Source: Candidatus Poribacteria bacterium
GTDB lineage: Bacteria; Poribacteria; WGA-4E; PCPOR2b
Direction: 5' to 3'
Assembly (NCBI GenBank): GCA_965218095.1
Contig: OZ244587.1
Location: 2,048,001-2,112,000, forward strand
Length of the DNA: 64,000 nucleotides
Notes under the pieces: model-generated
What the model saw: the letters and a program-made list of their open reading frames with translations, nothing else
What the model was told of the DNA's origin: nothing
Database searches by the model: none
Shown: one piece after another, positions 46,644 to 56,123 of the stretch
How the letters are laid out: each line of letters begins with the position of its first letter
How positions within the stretch are numbered: position 1 is the first letter of the stretch
Program-made: the position numbers and the translations under genes

Positions 46644-46925
46644 CTCAAATCCTCCTGATATTTCGTCATCGAAGGGTTCCATATTGTCATTCTGTGTGCA
46701 GCGAAGAATCTCAGCAGGCACGATGAAATCCTTCGCAACGCTCAAGATAACGTACTTTAGGGGTATTTTAGCCACAATCCCAGCGAACGCCGGTTGAGTG
46801 GCCGAAGGCATATCGAAACCAATTGGGTGGCGAGACGCTTGGTCTTGATACACTTCACTACTGGACCGGCGCTCCCAGGATCAGATCTAAAAAGCGCGAG
46901 AAATTTACTCATAATTACTTACGTT

Positions 46926-47657
46926 TCACCCGATCATCTCTCGCATCCTGTCTGCGACCCAATTGACAGCGACATCAATCATTACCTGTCCCTTTTCCGC
47001 TGTCGCCAACTTCGCGTCATGATGATAGATGCGATCGCTTTCAGCCTGGTTCGGATCAGAGATCGTCAACCTGGCGCTATCATAGTCCACGCCCTCCCAA
47101 TCGACATTTTGAGGAAAAGCCGCCAGCGCAAACGCAGTCTCAAATTCTGCCGCGTGACCGGGGCATATGCTAGTCTCCATTTGCTCCTTGACAAGTTCCG
47201 GGGAGTAGGCCTCCCAATATGAGTGAAAATCAAGATTGATGCCGAGTCGTTCGCGGAAACCGTTCAACCGTTCATGAACGGGTCCGGCGTTACCGGCATG
47301 TCCATTGATAACCAGCACGTTTTCAACTCCGTGACGACGCAGGCTTTCCGCAACATCGTAAAGTACCTCTCCGAACACCTCAGCGCGGATGGTCAACGTT
47401 CCCTTGTGATCCATCCAGTGTTCCGAGACGCCAATCGCCAGTGGCGTGGTGACAATCACCTGCGGGAACAACTTTTGCGCAGCCAGCTTTGAGACGTGCA
47501 GTGTGCTCGCCGTATCGTGAATCATCGCCAGATGTTCGTTATGTTGCTCGGTACTGCCCGTTGGAATAATTGCGCCCTTGAGCGTTCCTGCATCAATGGC
47601 TTCGCGGACATATCGCCGTTGATTTTCCCATAACAGGACTGATTTGATTTGAGACAT
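46926..47657 (-). CDS. Creatininase family protein
   Basis: PTGSTEQHNEHL, GVSEH, NGHAGN, GHAAEFETA. Confidence 0.9.
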   Translation of the reverse strand: MSQIKSVLLWENQRRYVREAIDAGTLKGAIIPTGSTEQHNEHLAMIHDTASTLHVSKLAAQKLFPQVIVTTPLAIGVSEHWMDHKGTLTIRAEVFGEVLYDVAESLRRHGVENVLVINGHAGNAGPVHERLNGFRERLGINLDFHSYWEAYSPELVKEQMETSICPGHAAEFETAFALAAFPQNVDWEGVDYDSARLTISDPNQAESDRIYHHDAKLATAEKGQVMIDVAVNWVADRMREMIG

Positions 47658-48337
47658 TTTGGAACCTCCTGTTTAACTTGAATTTGTTCAAGCGGTTGAG
47701 TTATCAAAACAATAGAGCATACAACTTAGTAAGTCATGGGTAACACATGATGCGTAAGAAATATGCTGTGAGTGTTTGATCTGCCCCCGATAAATCGGGA
47801 TCGACCGACCTGACATTGACTTCCTAGATTCCGGACTGTGCATGCGGTTTCGCGCGGAGGTTTTCAGGCAGAATCTCATTCAGATCATAGGCAATTTGCG
47901 CAGCCCAAGCATTGTGGAAGGATTGAAACTCTACAAGATCTGTGATTTCTTGGCTGAGATGATCAAGAATTGGCATAGTATCTCCTAAAATTCTACTTTT
48001 CCTTCTCCAACACGCAACAAGAATAAGATGTGACGTACTTACTGCTCATTATAACCTGAATGAAATATAAATGCAACAGCCAACCAAACTGAAATCCGAA
48101 GGAAGTGAAGGGAATGTAAGGGATGGGTTTACAAGTTAATGAACTTGCGTATCGCGTTTTTGGGAAATTCCGTTGCGTCTTTCTGTCCATTTGTGCTATA
48201 CTATACGAGTTTAACCGATGTCAAAAGTGTTGACCTTAATATGGGATACGAATAGCGAGATTGAAAAAAGGAGGAACTGGTGAGTCAAATCTATCAAATC
48301 TAATGCGGTCATGTGGTTTTGAATAGAGCCAGTCACA

Positions 48338-50431
48338 TTGATGAACGAGGATGCAAAAAACGGACAAGAAACAACAGATCACCCGGCTGTCGAAGTTGAA
48401 ATTACCAACACGGTTGAAGCTGAGGAGAAATTAGGATCTTCCACAGCGAACCGAGATGAAAACGGATCGGAAGAACCCGTCCCGGTTTCTGATCAGGACA
48501 CTCGGAACGGAGTGGATGAAGAGCATCGCTCACAAGATGCGGAACAGGATGTGCAGGCAATCGAAGAAGAAGCAGTAGAGGAAAATGGGGAGGAAGTTAC
48601 CACACCGGGGATAGTTGAATCCGATGAAGCCCCGTCAACCGATGAAGCCGCTCCTGCTGATGAGCCCGTAGCGGCAGAGGCATCTACAGATGTAGCTGCG
48701 ACAACATCGGAGCTTGCGGAGATCGAATCCCTCGAAGAAGCCTATGACAATTCTCTCAGAGCTTTTGCGGAAGGGGAAATTGTTAAAGGAACCGTTATCA
48801 GTATCGACCGTGACGAAGTTATGGTTGATATTGGGTTCAAGTCGGAGGGTTATATTCCGGTCTCAGAATTTGAGGTTGACGAAAATGGGATGCCTTCTGT
48901 AAATGTCAGTGATAAGATCGACGTGTACATCGTCCGCAGAGAAGATGCTGAGGAACAGCTGATTTTATCCAAAGAGATCGCCGACCAGAAGCTCGTTTGG
49001 GACGAGATCGCCAGGGCTTACGAAGGAGACCAAATCGTTGAAGGGCAAATTATCCATCGTATCAAGGGCGGGCTTCAGGTGGATATTGGAAAATTACGTG
49101 CGTTCCTCCCTGCTTCTCAGATCGAGTTACGTCCCGTACAAAACTTCGATCAATATATTGGTCAGACGCTTGAGATGAAAGTTGTCAAACTCAGTAAGCG
49201 TCGCCGCAATATCGTTCTTTCACGTCGTGTAATTCTTGAAGAAGAGTTGGCCGCTCAAAAAATGGCGCTTCTTGAGACGCTTGAAGTCAGACAAGTTCGA
49301 TCTGGGGTCGTGAAAAGTATTACGACCTTTGGTGCATTTGTCGACCTTGGCGGTATTGATGGATTGCTCCACAAAACGGATATGTCGTGGAGCAGAATTA
49401 ATCATCCCTCCGAAGTTGTTGCTATTGGAGATCAAGTGGAGGTGATGGTTGTCGCCATCGACCGTGAAAACGAAAAAGTCTCTTTGGGCTTAAAACAGAA
49501 GACTCCCGATCCGTGGGAAACGGTTGAGGAGAAGTACTCTATTGGGTCCACCGTTAAAGGGAAAGTGGTCGGCATTGTCAACTACGGGGCATTTCTTGAA
49601 CTCGAAGAGGGGGTTGAGGGGCTCATCCATATATCAGAGATGTCTTGGACACGGCGAAATGTCGCACCGTCGAAGGCCGTCACGAAGGATGAAATCATCG
49701 AGGCAGTTGTTCTCGATATCGACAAGAAAAACCAGAAGCTCTCTCTTGGACTGAAGCAACTGCATCCGAATCCATGGGAGCTCTTGGAGACGAAATATCC
49801 TATTGGCACAAAAATCGTTGGTCGCGTGCGTAACCTCACGCATTTTGGCGCCTTCGTCGAGATTGAAGAGGGAATCGATGGCTTGATTCATGTCTCTGAT
49901 CTCTCTTGGCTCAAGCGAGTTGTTGATCCGCGTGAGGTCCTCAAAGAAGGCGATGAAGTCGAAGTCATGGTTTTAAGCATTGATCCAACGAAGCAGAAGA
50001 TTTCATTAGGACTCAAACAGATCGAACCGGATCCATGGATACAGGTTCCCAACAAGTACAAGATTGGATCCATCGTCCGTGGGAAAATCATGAACCTGAC
50101 GAGTTTCGGCGTATTCGCACAACTCGAAGATGAAATTGAAGGGTTAATCCATATTTCCGAACTTGCTGAACGCCGCATTGAAAAGGCGGAAGAAATTGTT
50201 TCGATTGGCGATGAATTGGATCTGAAAGTGATTCACCTGGATCCAACTGAACGTCGAATCGGTCTGAGCTTAAAAGCGGCGCAGGCTGAACAAGAACGTG
50301 CCACCGCCACTCAGTATCAACAAAAACAACAGGATCGCTTCCAGCGTCAACGTGAAGAACAGGAGGAATTGACAGCGTTTGGAGGATTGCTAAAGGAAGA
50401 ACTTAATAAGTCGAATTCGGAAGAAAGCTGA
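48338..50431 (+). CDS. rpsA: 30S ribosomal protein S1 with long acidic N-terminal extension
   Basis: Six S1 repeats (VDIGFKSEG, FGAFVDLGGIDGLLH, GLIHISE and others). Confidence 0.97.
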   Translation: MMNEDAKNGQETTDHPAVEVEITNTVEAEEKLGSSTANRDENGSEEPVPVSDQDTRNGVDEEHRSQDAEQDVQAIEEEAVEENGEEVTTPGIVESDEAPSTDEAAPADEPVAAEASTDVAATTSELAEIESLEEAYDNSLRAFAEGEIVKGTVISIDRDEVMVDIGFKSEGYIPVSEFEVDENGMPSVNVSDKIDVYIVRREDAEEQLILSKEIADQKLVWDEIARAYEGDQIVEGQIIHRIKGGLQVDIGKLRAFLPASQIELRPVQNFDQYIGQTLEMKVVKLSKRRRNIVLSRRVILEEELAAQKMALLETLEVRQVRSGVVKSITTFGAFVDLGGIDGLLHKTDMSWSRINHPSEVVAIGDQVEVMVVAIDRENEKVSLGLKQKTPDPWETVEEKYSIGSTVKGKVVGIVNYGAFLELEEGVEGLIHISEMSWTRRNVAPSKAVTKDEIIEAVVLDIDKKNQKLSLGLKQLHPNPWELLETKYPIGTKIVGRVRNLTHFGAFVEIEEGIDGLIHVSDLSWLKRVVDPREVLKEGDEVEVMVLSIDPTKQKISLGLKQIEPDPWIQVPNKYKIGSIVRGKIMNLTSFGVFAQLEDEIEGLIHISELAERRIEKAEEIVSIGDELDLKVIHLDPTERRIGLSLKAAQAEQERATATQYQQKQQDRFQRQREEQEELTAFGGLLKEELNKSNSEES

Positions 50432-50444
50432 AACTTGACCCTGG

Positions 50445-50481
50445 AATTGTCTCCTCTCTCGATAGAGGGGGCAATTATTTT
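50445..50481 (+). terminator. Probable intrinsic terminator after rpsA
   Basis: AATTGTCTCCTCT..AGAGGGGGCAATT stem followed by ATTTT. Confidence 0.6.
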
Positions 50482-51076
50482 CACATTTTGGTTGCAAAGT
50501 TTTCCATTCGTTCTATTGTCTTATGGACTGTTTCTCAACATGTGGTTTCACAGGAGCCGGTACTTAGCAGAGATGTGATATGTGAGTGGTAATTGGTGAG
50601 TGGTGACCACTCACCACTTTACCATTCGCGGATTCTTGATGTCTTCGCGTTTTTGGGAGGCATGCTGCATTCTTAAATAAACTGTTGAGAATACACTTGC
50701 GAGAAACTGTACAGTCCCGCCCCCGATAAATCGGGACGAAAGCTTGAGCCATTGCGGAGTGTCATTCCTGAATCCGTTTGTATCTTTCCAGATTATATCT
50801 TACCTCTATCCTTTCCTGTTGCTTTAATCTTTTCGCAAAATCCCGAATTTGTTTACAAGGAATCGCATTGTAGAAGTTGTCACATGTATGTGCAATGAAA
50901 AGGCAGTTTTTTTGTGCTCAACATCATGAACGACTTTTTACGTGCCCCGATAAGATCGGGATTGAAACTTCTTTAGAGCGCGTGTGAGAAATCCTGCGCA
51001 GAGAACCATTTTTCACACACCCTCTTAGTCCCGATGCGCAAAAATTTATCTATAACTGAATATCAGGAGAAATCAA

Positions 51077-52225
51077 TTGGCTAGAAACTTTGTATTCACA
51101 TCTGAATCCGTAACTGAAGGACACCCCGATAAACTTGCAGATCAGATCTCTGATGCTGTGCTTGATGCTATCATGGCGGAAGATCCAATGGGTCGCGTCG
51201 CTTGCGAAACGTTAGTGACAACGGGGCTTGCACTCATCACAGGTGAAGTCACGACCCACGCAAATTTCATCGATATTCCCGGGCTTGTACGTAACACTAT
51301 CCGACAGGTTGGCTACACCGATGCCTCCTATGGGTTTGACTATGAGCATTGCGCTCTGCTAACTGCAATCGATGAGCAATCCCCGGATATTGCGATGGGT
51401 GTTGATCGGCTTGGCGCCGGTGATCAAGGTATGATGTTCGGCTATGCCTGCCGCGAAACGCCGGAGCTGATGCCGATGCCGATTATGTTGGCGCATAAAC
51501 TGACGCACCGTCTCGCCCAATTGCGGAAAGAAGGGGTATTAGACTTCCTTCGCCCTGATGGCAAATCGCAGGTCACGGTTGAGTACGTCGATGGACAACC
51601 TGAGAATGTCACGACCGTTGTTATCTCGACCCAACACGACCCAGACGTTACCAATGAAGAACTGAGAGAAGCTGTGATCGAGGAGATTATCAAATTCGTG
51701 ATCCCTGATGAGTTGCGCCACCCGGATATCATATACCATGTCAACCCGACAGGACGATTTGTTGTTGGTGGGCCACAAGGAGACGCGGGTTTAACTGGCA
51801 GAAAGATCATCGCTGATACTTACGGTGGCATGGGCAGACACGGTGGCGGTGCATTCTCTGGCAAAGATCCGACGAAAGTGGATCGGAGCGCGGCGTATGC
51901 AGCAAGGCACGTTGCGAAAAACATCGTTGCTGCTGGTTTGGCGGATCGATGTGAAGTCCAACTCTCTTATGCCATCGGTCTCGCTAAACCGATCTCAATC
52001 ATGCTGGAGACTTTCGGTACAGGTGTGATCCTTGATGAAAAACTGGCGCAGCTTGTGGACAAGCTTTTCGATCTGGAACCAGCTAGGATTATCGAACGCC
52101 TTGAGCTCCGGAAGCCGATTTACTCAGCAACAGCGGCTTATGGGCATTTCGGACGTGAGGAGCCGGGTTTCACATGGGAATTGACAGATTATGCAGACTT
52201 GCTGAAATCAGAAGTCGGTGTGTAG
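51077..52225 (+). CDS. metK: S-adenosylmethionine synthetase
   Basis: [34 protein letters not shown]. Confidence 0.98.
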   Translation: MARNFVFTSESVTEGHPDKLADQISDAVLDAIMAEDPMGRVACETLVTTGLALITGEVTTHANFIDIPGLVRNTIRQVGYTDASYGFDYEHCALLTAIDEQSPDIAMGVDRLGAGDQGMMFGYACRETPELMPMPIMLAHKLTHRLAQLRKEGVLDFLRPDGKSQVTVEYVDGQPENVTTVVISTQHDPDVTNEELREAVIEEIIKFVIPDELRHPDIIYHVNPTGRFVVGGPQGDAGLTGRKIIADTYGGMGRHGGGAFSGKDPTKVDRSAAYAARHVAKNIVAAGLADRCEVQLSYAIGLAKPISIMLETFGTGVILDEKLAQLVDKLFDLEPARIIERLELRKPIYSATAAYGHFGREEPGFTWELTDYADLLKSEVGV

Positions 52226-52253
52226 CACGATACGCGCTAACAAAGGAGAATTG

Positions 52254-53516
52254 ATGAACCACGACATTAAAAACCGAGAGCTCGCAGAAGATGGAAAGCG
52301 GCGAATTGATTGGGCGGATCGCTTTATGCCTGTCCTCCGTCTGATTCGCCAGCGGTTTGAGCAGGAACGTCCACTCAATGGCGTGCGGCTGTCCGCGTGT
52401 TTGCATGTCACGACAGAAACGGCGAACCTGGTGCGTGCCTTGAAGGCAGGCGGTGCAGAAGTTGTTTTGTGTGCTTCCAATCCGTTGAGCACCCAGGACG
52501 ACGTTGCGGCGTCTCTTGTCATGCATGAGGGAATCCCCATTTTCGCAATCAAGGGCGAGGACACTGAAACCTACTACCAACATCTCGATGAAGCGGTCAA
52601 TTTTCAACCGATGATGACGATGGATGATGGGGCGGATCTGGTCTCTCGGCTCCACTCTGAAGAGGCGAACCCTGCCTTTGTCGAAAACGTGCTTGCAGGT
52701 ACGGAGGAGACAACAACGGGGGTTATCCGACTCAAGAGTATGGCAGCCGAAGGGGTGCTTCGGTATCCAATCATTGCCGTAAACGACGCCAAGACCAAGC
52801 ACTTCTTTGATAATCGCTACGGTACGGGTCAAAGTACGCTAGACGGTATCATTCGCGCGACCAATTTGTTGATCGCCGGGACGACTATCGCCGTCGCGGG
52901 CTACGGGTGGTGTGGACGCGGTTTTGCCAGTCGGGCGCGGGGGTTGGGGGCGAATGTCATTGTCACGGAAGTCGATCCGTTGAGCGCGTTGGAAGCAGTG
53001 ATGGACGGCTTCCGCGTCTTGCCGATGATTAAAGCTGTCGCCGAAGCCGATCTCGTCGTTACGCTGACGGGCGATATTCATGTGTTGCGCCGCGAGCACT
53101 TTGAAGCGATGAAGGATGGCGCGATTATTTGTAATTCGGGGCATTTCAATGTCGAAATTAACATCCCCGATCTCAAAGATTTAAGCACCGAGGTGAGAAC
53201 CACGCGAGAGTTTGTCGAGGAATATTCCCTCAAGGATGGGCGCAAGCTCTACCTGCTCGGCGAAGGAAGGCTGATAAATCTCGTTTCGGCGGAGGGGCAC
53301 CCCGCTAGTGTCATGGATATGAGTTTCGCTAATCAGGCGCTGTCTGCGGAGTACGTTGTTAAAAACCATCAACAGATGGAAAATCGTGTTTATGACGTGC
53401 CGGAAGAACTGGATGCCTCTATTGCAAAACTCAAATTGCAATCCATCGGCGTTGAAATTGATGAACTGACGGAAGAACAGCGGACTTATCTCAGTTCTTG
53501 GACGATGGGAACATAG
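52254..53516 (+). CDS. ahcY: Adenosylhomocysteinase
   Basis: [39 protein letters not shown]. Confidence 0.98.
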   Translation: MNHDIKNRELAEDGKRRIDWADRFMPVLRLIRQRFEQERPLNGVRLSACLHVTTETANLVRALKAGGAEVVLCASNPLSTQDDVAASLVMHEGIPIFAIKGEDTETYYQHLDEAVNFQPMMTMDDGADLVSRLHSEEANPAFVENVLAGTEETTTGVIRLKSMAAEGVLRYPIIAVNDAKTKHFFDNRYGTGQSTLDGIIRATNLLIAGTTIAVAGYGWCGRGFASRARGLGANVIVTEVDPLSALEAVMDGFRVLPMIKAVAEADLVVTLTGDIHVLRREHFEAMKDGAIICNSGHFNVEINIPDLKDLSTEVRTTREFVEEYSLKDGRKLYLLGEGRLINLVSAEGHPASVMDMSFANQALSAEYVVKNHQQMENRVYDVPEELDASIAKLKLQSIGVEIDELTEEQRTYLSSWTMGT

Positions 53517-53537
53517 CGTAAAACGTAAGATGCCACC

Positions 53538-53726
53538 GTTTCAATCTTATAAGGGTTTGGTTCGGCGTTGCAACTTACCCAGGCCGTCAACTGTGATGTG
53601 AATTTTTGTACTGGTTTCAATCTTATAAGGGTTTGGTTCGGCGTTGCAACCCCGGCAGTTCTAATGACCGTGCGAACAAACTTGTTACCGTTTCAATCTT
53701 ATAAGGGTTTGGTTCGGCGTTGCAAC
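53538..53726 (+). CRISPR. CRISPR mini-array: 3 identical 37-bp repeats and 2 spacers of 39 bp
   Basis: Repeat GTTTCAATCTTATAAGGGTTTGGTTCGGCGTTGCAAC at 53538-53574, 53614-53650, 53690-53726; spacers at 53575-53613 and 53651-53689; strand inferred from the downstream anti-repeat, omegaRNA and iscB. Confidence 0.95.
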
Positions 53727-53833
53727 CCCGGCGCCTCTGGGAGCCTTGACGTTGTTGGGGTTTTCAACTCTTTTTCTGTCAGCCCCTCCCCAATCGGGGA
53801 GGAGGACACGGTTTGGGGGGATAAGGTAAGTCG

Positions 53834-54217
53834 GTGACAACGCCGAAACCCTTATAGGTGTTGCAAAGCCGGGCTTTCCTGTCAGTCTGCGGGGTTTTTA
53901 TTAGCCCTAGGGTTGGCAGGATTAAATCCTTATAAGGTATCCCTTTAAGTGGTAGATTCTAATTACACTCACACCTAGAAACAGCCTTAGCCCGTGAGTT
54001 GAAAGGAATCTGGGCTACGTTGGTATGATTAGCATACCCTGGGGTGCTCCACCAGCCCCAGGCACTATGGCGGCTCTTTAAGAAGGACTTGGGGAGGTTC
54101 GGTCAACCGCATTTCGCACTCACTTTGAGTGAAAGTCACACCAACATTGGCGGGGTGGATCATACCTATTACCCCCCTATCTCCCTCCCGCAAGCGGGGA
54201 GGGGGAAGGGAGGTAAT
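53834..54217 (+). ncRNA. tracrRNA-like anti-repeat joined to an omegaRNA/HEARO-like scaffold (boundaries approximate)
   Basis: CAACGCCG-AAACCCTTATA (53838-53856) is complementary to the repeat with a 4-nt bulge; HEARO-like CTACGTT, stem CCTGGGGTGCTCCACCAGCCCCAGG (54038-54062), AACATTGGCG; pseudoknot pair TCCACC 54048-54053/GGTGGA 54154-54159; terminal hairpin 54168-54217. Confidence 0.85.
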
Positions 54218-54227
54218 GGAGGTCAAT

Positions 54228-55769
54228 ATGTTTGTTCATGTTTTATCAAAATCAGGTCAGCCGTTGATGCCCACGCATCCGGCAAACGCACGTAAACTGC
54301 TTAGAGACGAAAAAGCCCAAGTTGCGAAAACTAAAACGGGCGTGTTTACGATTCAACTCAATTATGAATCTCTAACATATACGCAACCGATAACCGTTGG
54401 AATTGACACCGGCTCAAAATCTGTGCCGATCGCCGCAGAGGGCAACGGCAAAATTTACTACGCCAAGGAGAAACTATTACGGACGGATGTTAAGAATCGA
54501 CTTTCCGATCGGCGTCAACAGAGGAGAATCCGAAGACACCGTAAAACCCGGTATCGGAAACCTCGTTTTTTGAACCGCACCAAAACGAAATGCAGCCGTT
54601 GCGGTGTCAATAATGTGCCGTGTTTATGGACTCTCAAAAAGCGCGAAGAGGGGCAGACAAAGAAGTGGGTTAAGGGTCGGAGAAAATCTTTATGCAGACC
54701 TTGTAAAGGGCATAAAGGAGAGCATAAGCAACCGACTGTGTTAGCCCCTTCAATTAAGAACCGTGCGGAGAGTATTCTAAATGATGTAGAGAGACTGCGG
54801 AAAACCCTGCCCATCTCTAAGGTGGTCGTAGAAACGGCGTCATTCGATACTCAGAAGATGGCAGATCCGAAAATTAAAGGCGTCGAATACCAGCAGGGAA
54901 CCCTCGCCGGGTACGAGTTGAAAGAGTATCTGCTGATAGTGAACAAGCATACATGCGCCTATTGTGGTAAAAAGGATGTCCCCCTTGAAAGGGAACATAT
55001 TTTGCCCAAAGCCAAGGGAGGCAGCGATCGCATTGATAACGCGACGGTCGCTTGTGTGTCTTGCAATGCCGAAAAAGGCGCGAGGACATTAGATCAGTGG
55101 GAAGAGTCACTGCCAGAGGCGGACGCTCGTAGGCAGGGGATACAGCGGGTTCGGAAAAATGCGAATGTCAAAAAAGAATTCCAGTATTCGGCATTGACCC
55201 AATCCTATAAGAATTATTTGATGAAGTCATTGCGCGAACAGTTCCCTGTAATTGAGGAGACTTACGGTTACATGACGAAGTTCTACCGGATTCGACGGAA
55301 GCTTGACAAAACCCAGATAAACGATGCTATGGTGATTGCATCAGAAGGGGAGCCGTTCCAACTACCGGATCGATTTCTTATAGAGAAGCAGATCAAGAAA
55401 CGGCATCCATATCATTCTATCTCGGACCGACATGGTTATAAAATCGTCAAGTATAAGCGCGATCCTGAAAAATATGGTTTCCGCCTATGGGATCGAGTGA
55501 GTTTCAATCATAAGGAATTCGGAGAAGTGGTTGCTTATATCTCTGCGCTGAAAGAGGATGGCTATTTTGAAATGCGCGATATTGAAGGAGGGAAAATTAA
55601 GGGAAAGCGTCCGACCTGTTCACATAAAAAGTTAAAATTGATAGAACCCGCGAGAACAAACTACATAAGGGAATGGCGCGTAACGCGGACTTCGACGAGC
55701 TCAGACTTCGTCGATCCATTGTTAGCCGGTCCTGCCGAACAACTTCACCTGTTCTCGCTTATGTCATAG
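54228..55769 (+). CDS. iscB: CRISPR-associated IscB RNA-guided endonuclease (513 aa)
   Basis: GQPLMPT (PLMP), RuvC-I GIDTG (D60), Arg-rich bridge helix RRQQRRIRRHRKTRYRKPRFLNR, RuvC-II VVETASFD (E202), HNH CAYC..EHILPKAKGGSD..N..ACVSCN, RuvC-III KTQINDA; GGAGGT RBS before ATG 54228. Confidence 0.95.
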   Translation: MFVHVLSKSGQPLMPTHPANARKLLRDEKAQVAKTKTGVFTIQLNYESLTYTQPITVGIDTGSKSVPIAAEGNGKIYYAKEKLLRTDVKNRLSDRRQQRRIRRHRKTRYRKPRFLNRTKTKCSRCGVNNVPCLWTLKKREEGQTKKWVKGRRKSLCRPCKGHKGEHKQPTVLAPSIKNRAESILNDVERLRKTLPISKVVVETASFDTQKMADPKIKGVEYQQGTLAGYELKEYLLIVNKHTCAYCGKKDVPLEREHILPKAKGGSDRIDNATVACVSCNAEKGARTLDQWEESLPEADARRQGIQRVRKNANVKKEFQYSALTQSYKNYLMKSLREQFPVIEETYGYMTKFYRIRRKLDKTQINDAMVIASEGEPFQLPDRFLIEKQIKKRHPYHSISDRHGYKIVKYKRDPEKYGFRLWDRVSFNHKEFGEVVAYISALKEDGYFEMRDIEGGKIKGKRPTCSHKKLKLIEPARTNYIREWRVTRTSTSSDFVDPLLAGPAEQLHLFSLMS

Positions 55770-55831
55770 AGGTATTGCTGGGAAATATTCACATTAAAAC
55801 TATCGGCTCTTAGAGTAAAGGGGCCTGACTT

Positions 55832-56068
55832 ATGAAAAAATCAGATCTCTGGGAAAATATCATTTTGCTTCTGTCGGCGATTTTACTTGTGCCGATCTGG
55901 ATGTTCAAATCCAATCTATCACAGTTATCCGGCGGCATGTTCCAACTGTACCAGATACTACAAGTCGTTTTAGTGATTGTTCTCGTCGTTATGCTGGTTC
56001 GTCGTGTTCGGCGCGTTATGGCTGCGTTGCGCGGGAACAAAAACCGTCAGGGGCCCTTTCTGTTCTAA
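55832..56068 (+). CDS. Small two-TM membrane protein
   Basis: Two hydrophobic helices and a basic tail; co-oriented with its neighbours. Confidence 0.7.
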   Translation: MKKSDLWENIILLLSAILLVPIWMFKSNLSQLSGGMFQLYQILQVVLVIVLVVMLVRRVRRVMAALRGNKNRQGPFLF

Positions 56069-56123
56069 ATCAACGTTCACATTTTAGCCAGATCCATATT
56101 GAGATCTAGTTTGAGGTTGATTC

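Noticed and set aside
50480-51076. SAM riboswitch in the long region upstream of metK
   Set aside because: No SAM-I core (ATC..GAG..GA..GCAACC..GTGC..GAT) or other SAM riboswitch consensus recognisable by eye; the region holds REP-like palindromes. An Rfam scan would settle it.
53727-53775. Third spacer and degenerate fourth repeat (GTTTTCAACTC near 53760)
   Set aside because: Only about 10 nt of loose similarity, and the spacing (33 nt) differs from 39 nt; not counted as a repeat.
54129-54227. 33-aa N-terminal extension of IscB given by the ORF track
   Set aside because: It overlaps the omegaRNA 3' hairpin; the RBS and the usual position of the PLMP motif support ATG 54228.
53568-54295. 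ORFs 53568-53837 and 54044-54295
   Set aside because: They run through the CRISPR array and the ncRNA; spurious.
54228-55769. Calling the nuclease Cas9
   Set aside because: At 513 aa with an N-terminal PLMP domain, no REC lobe and an omegaRNA-type scaffold, it is IscB.
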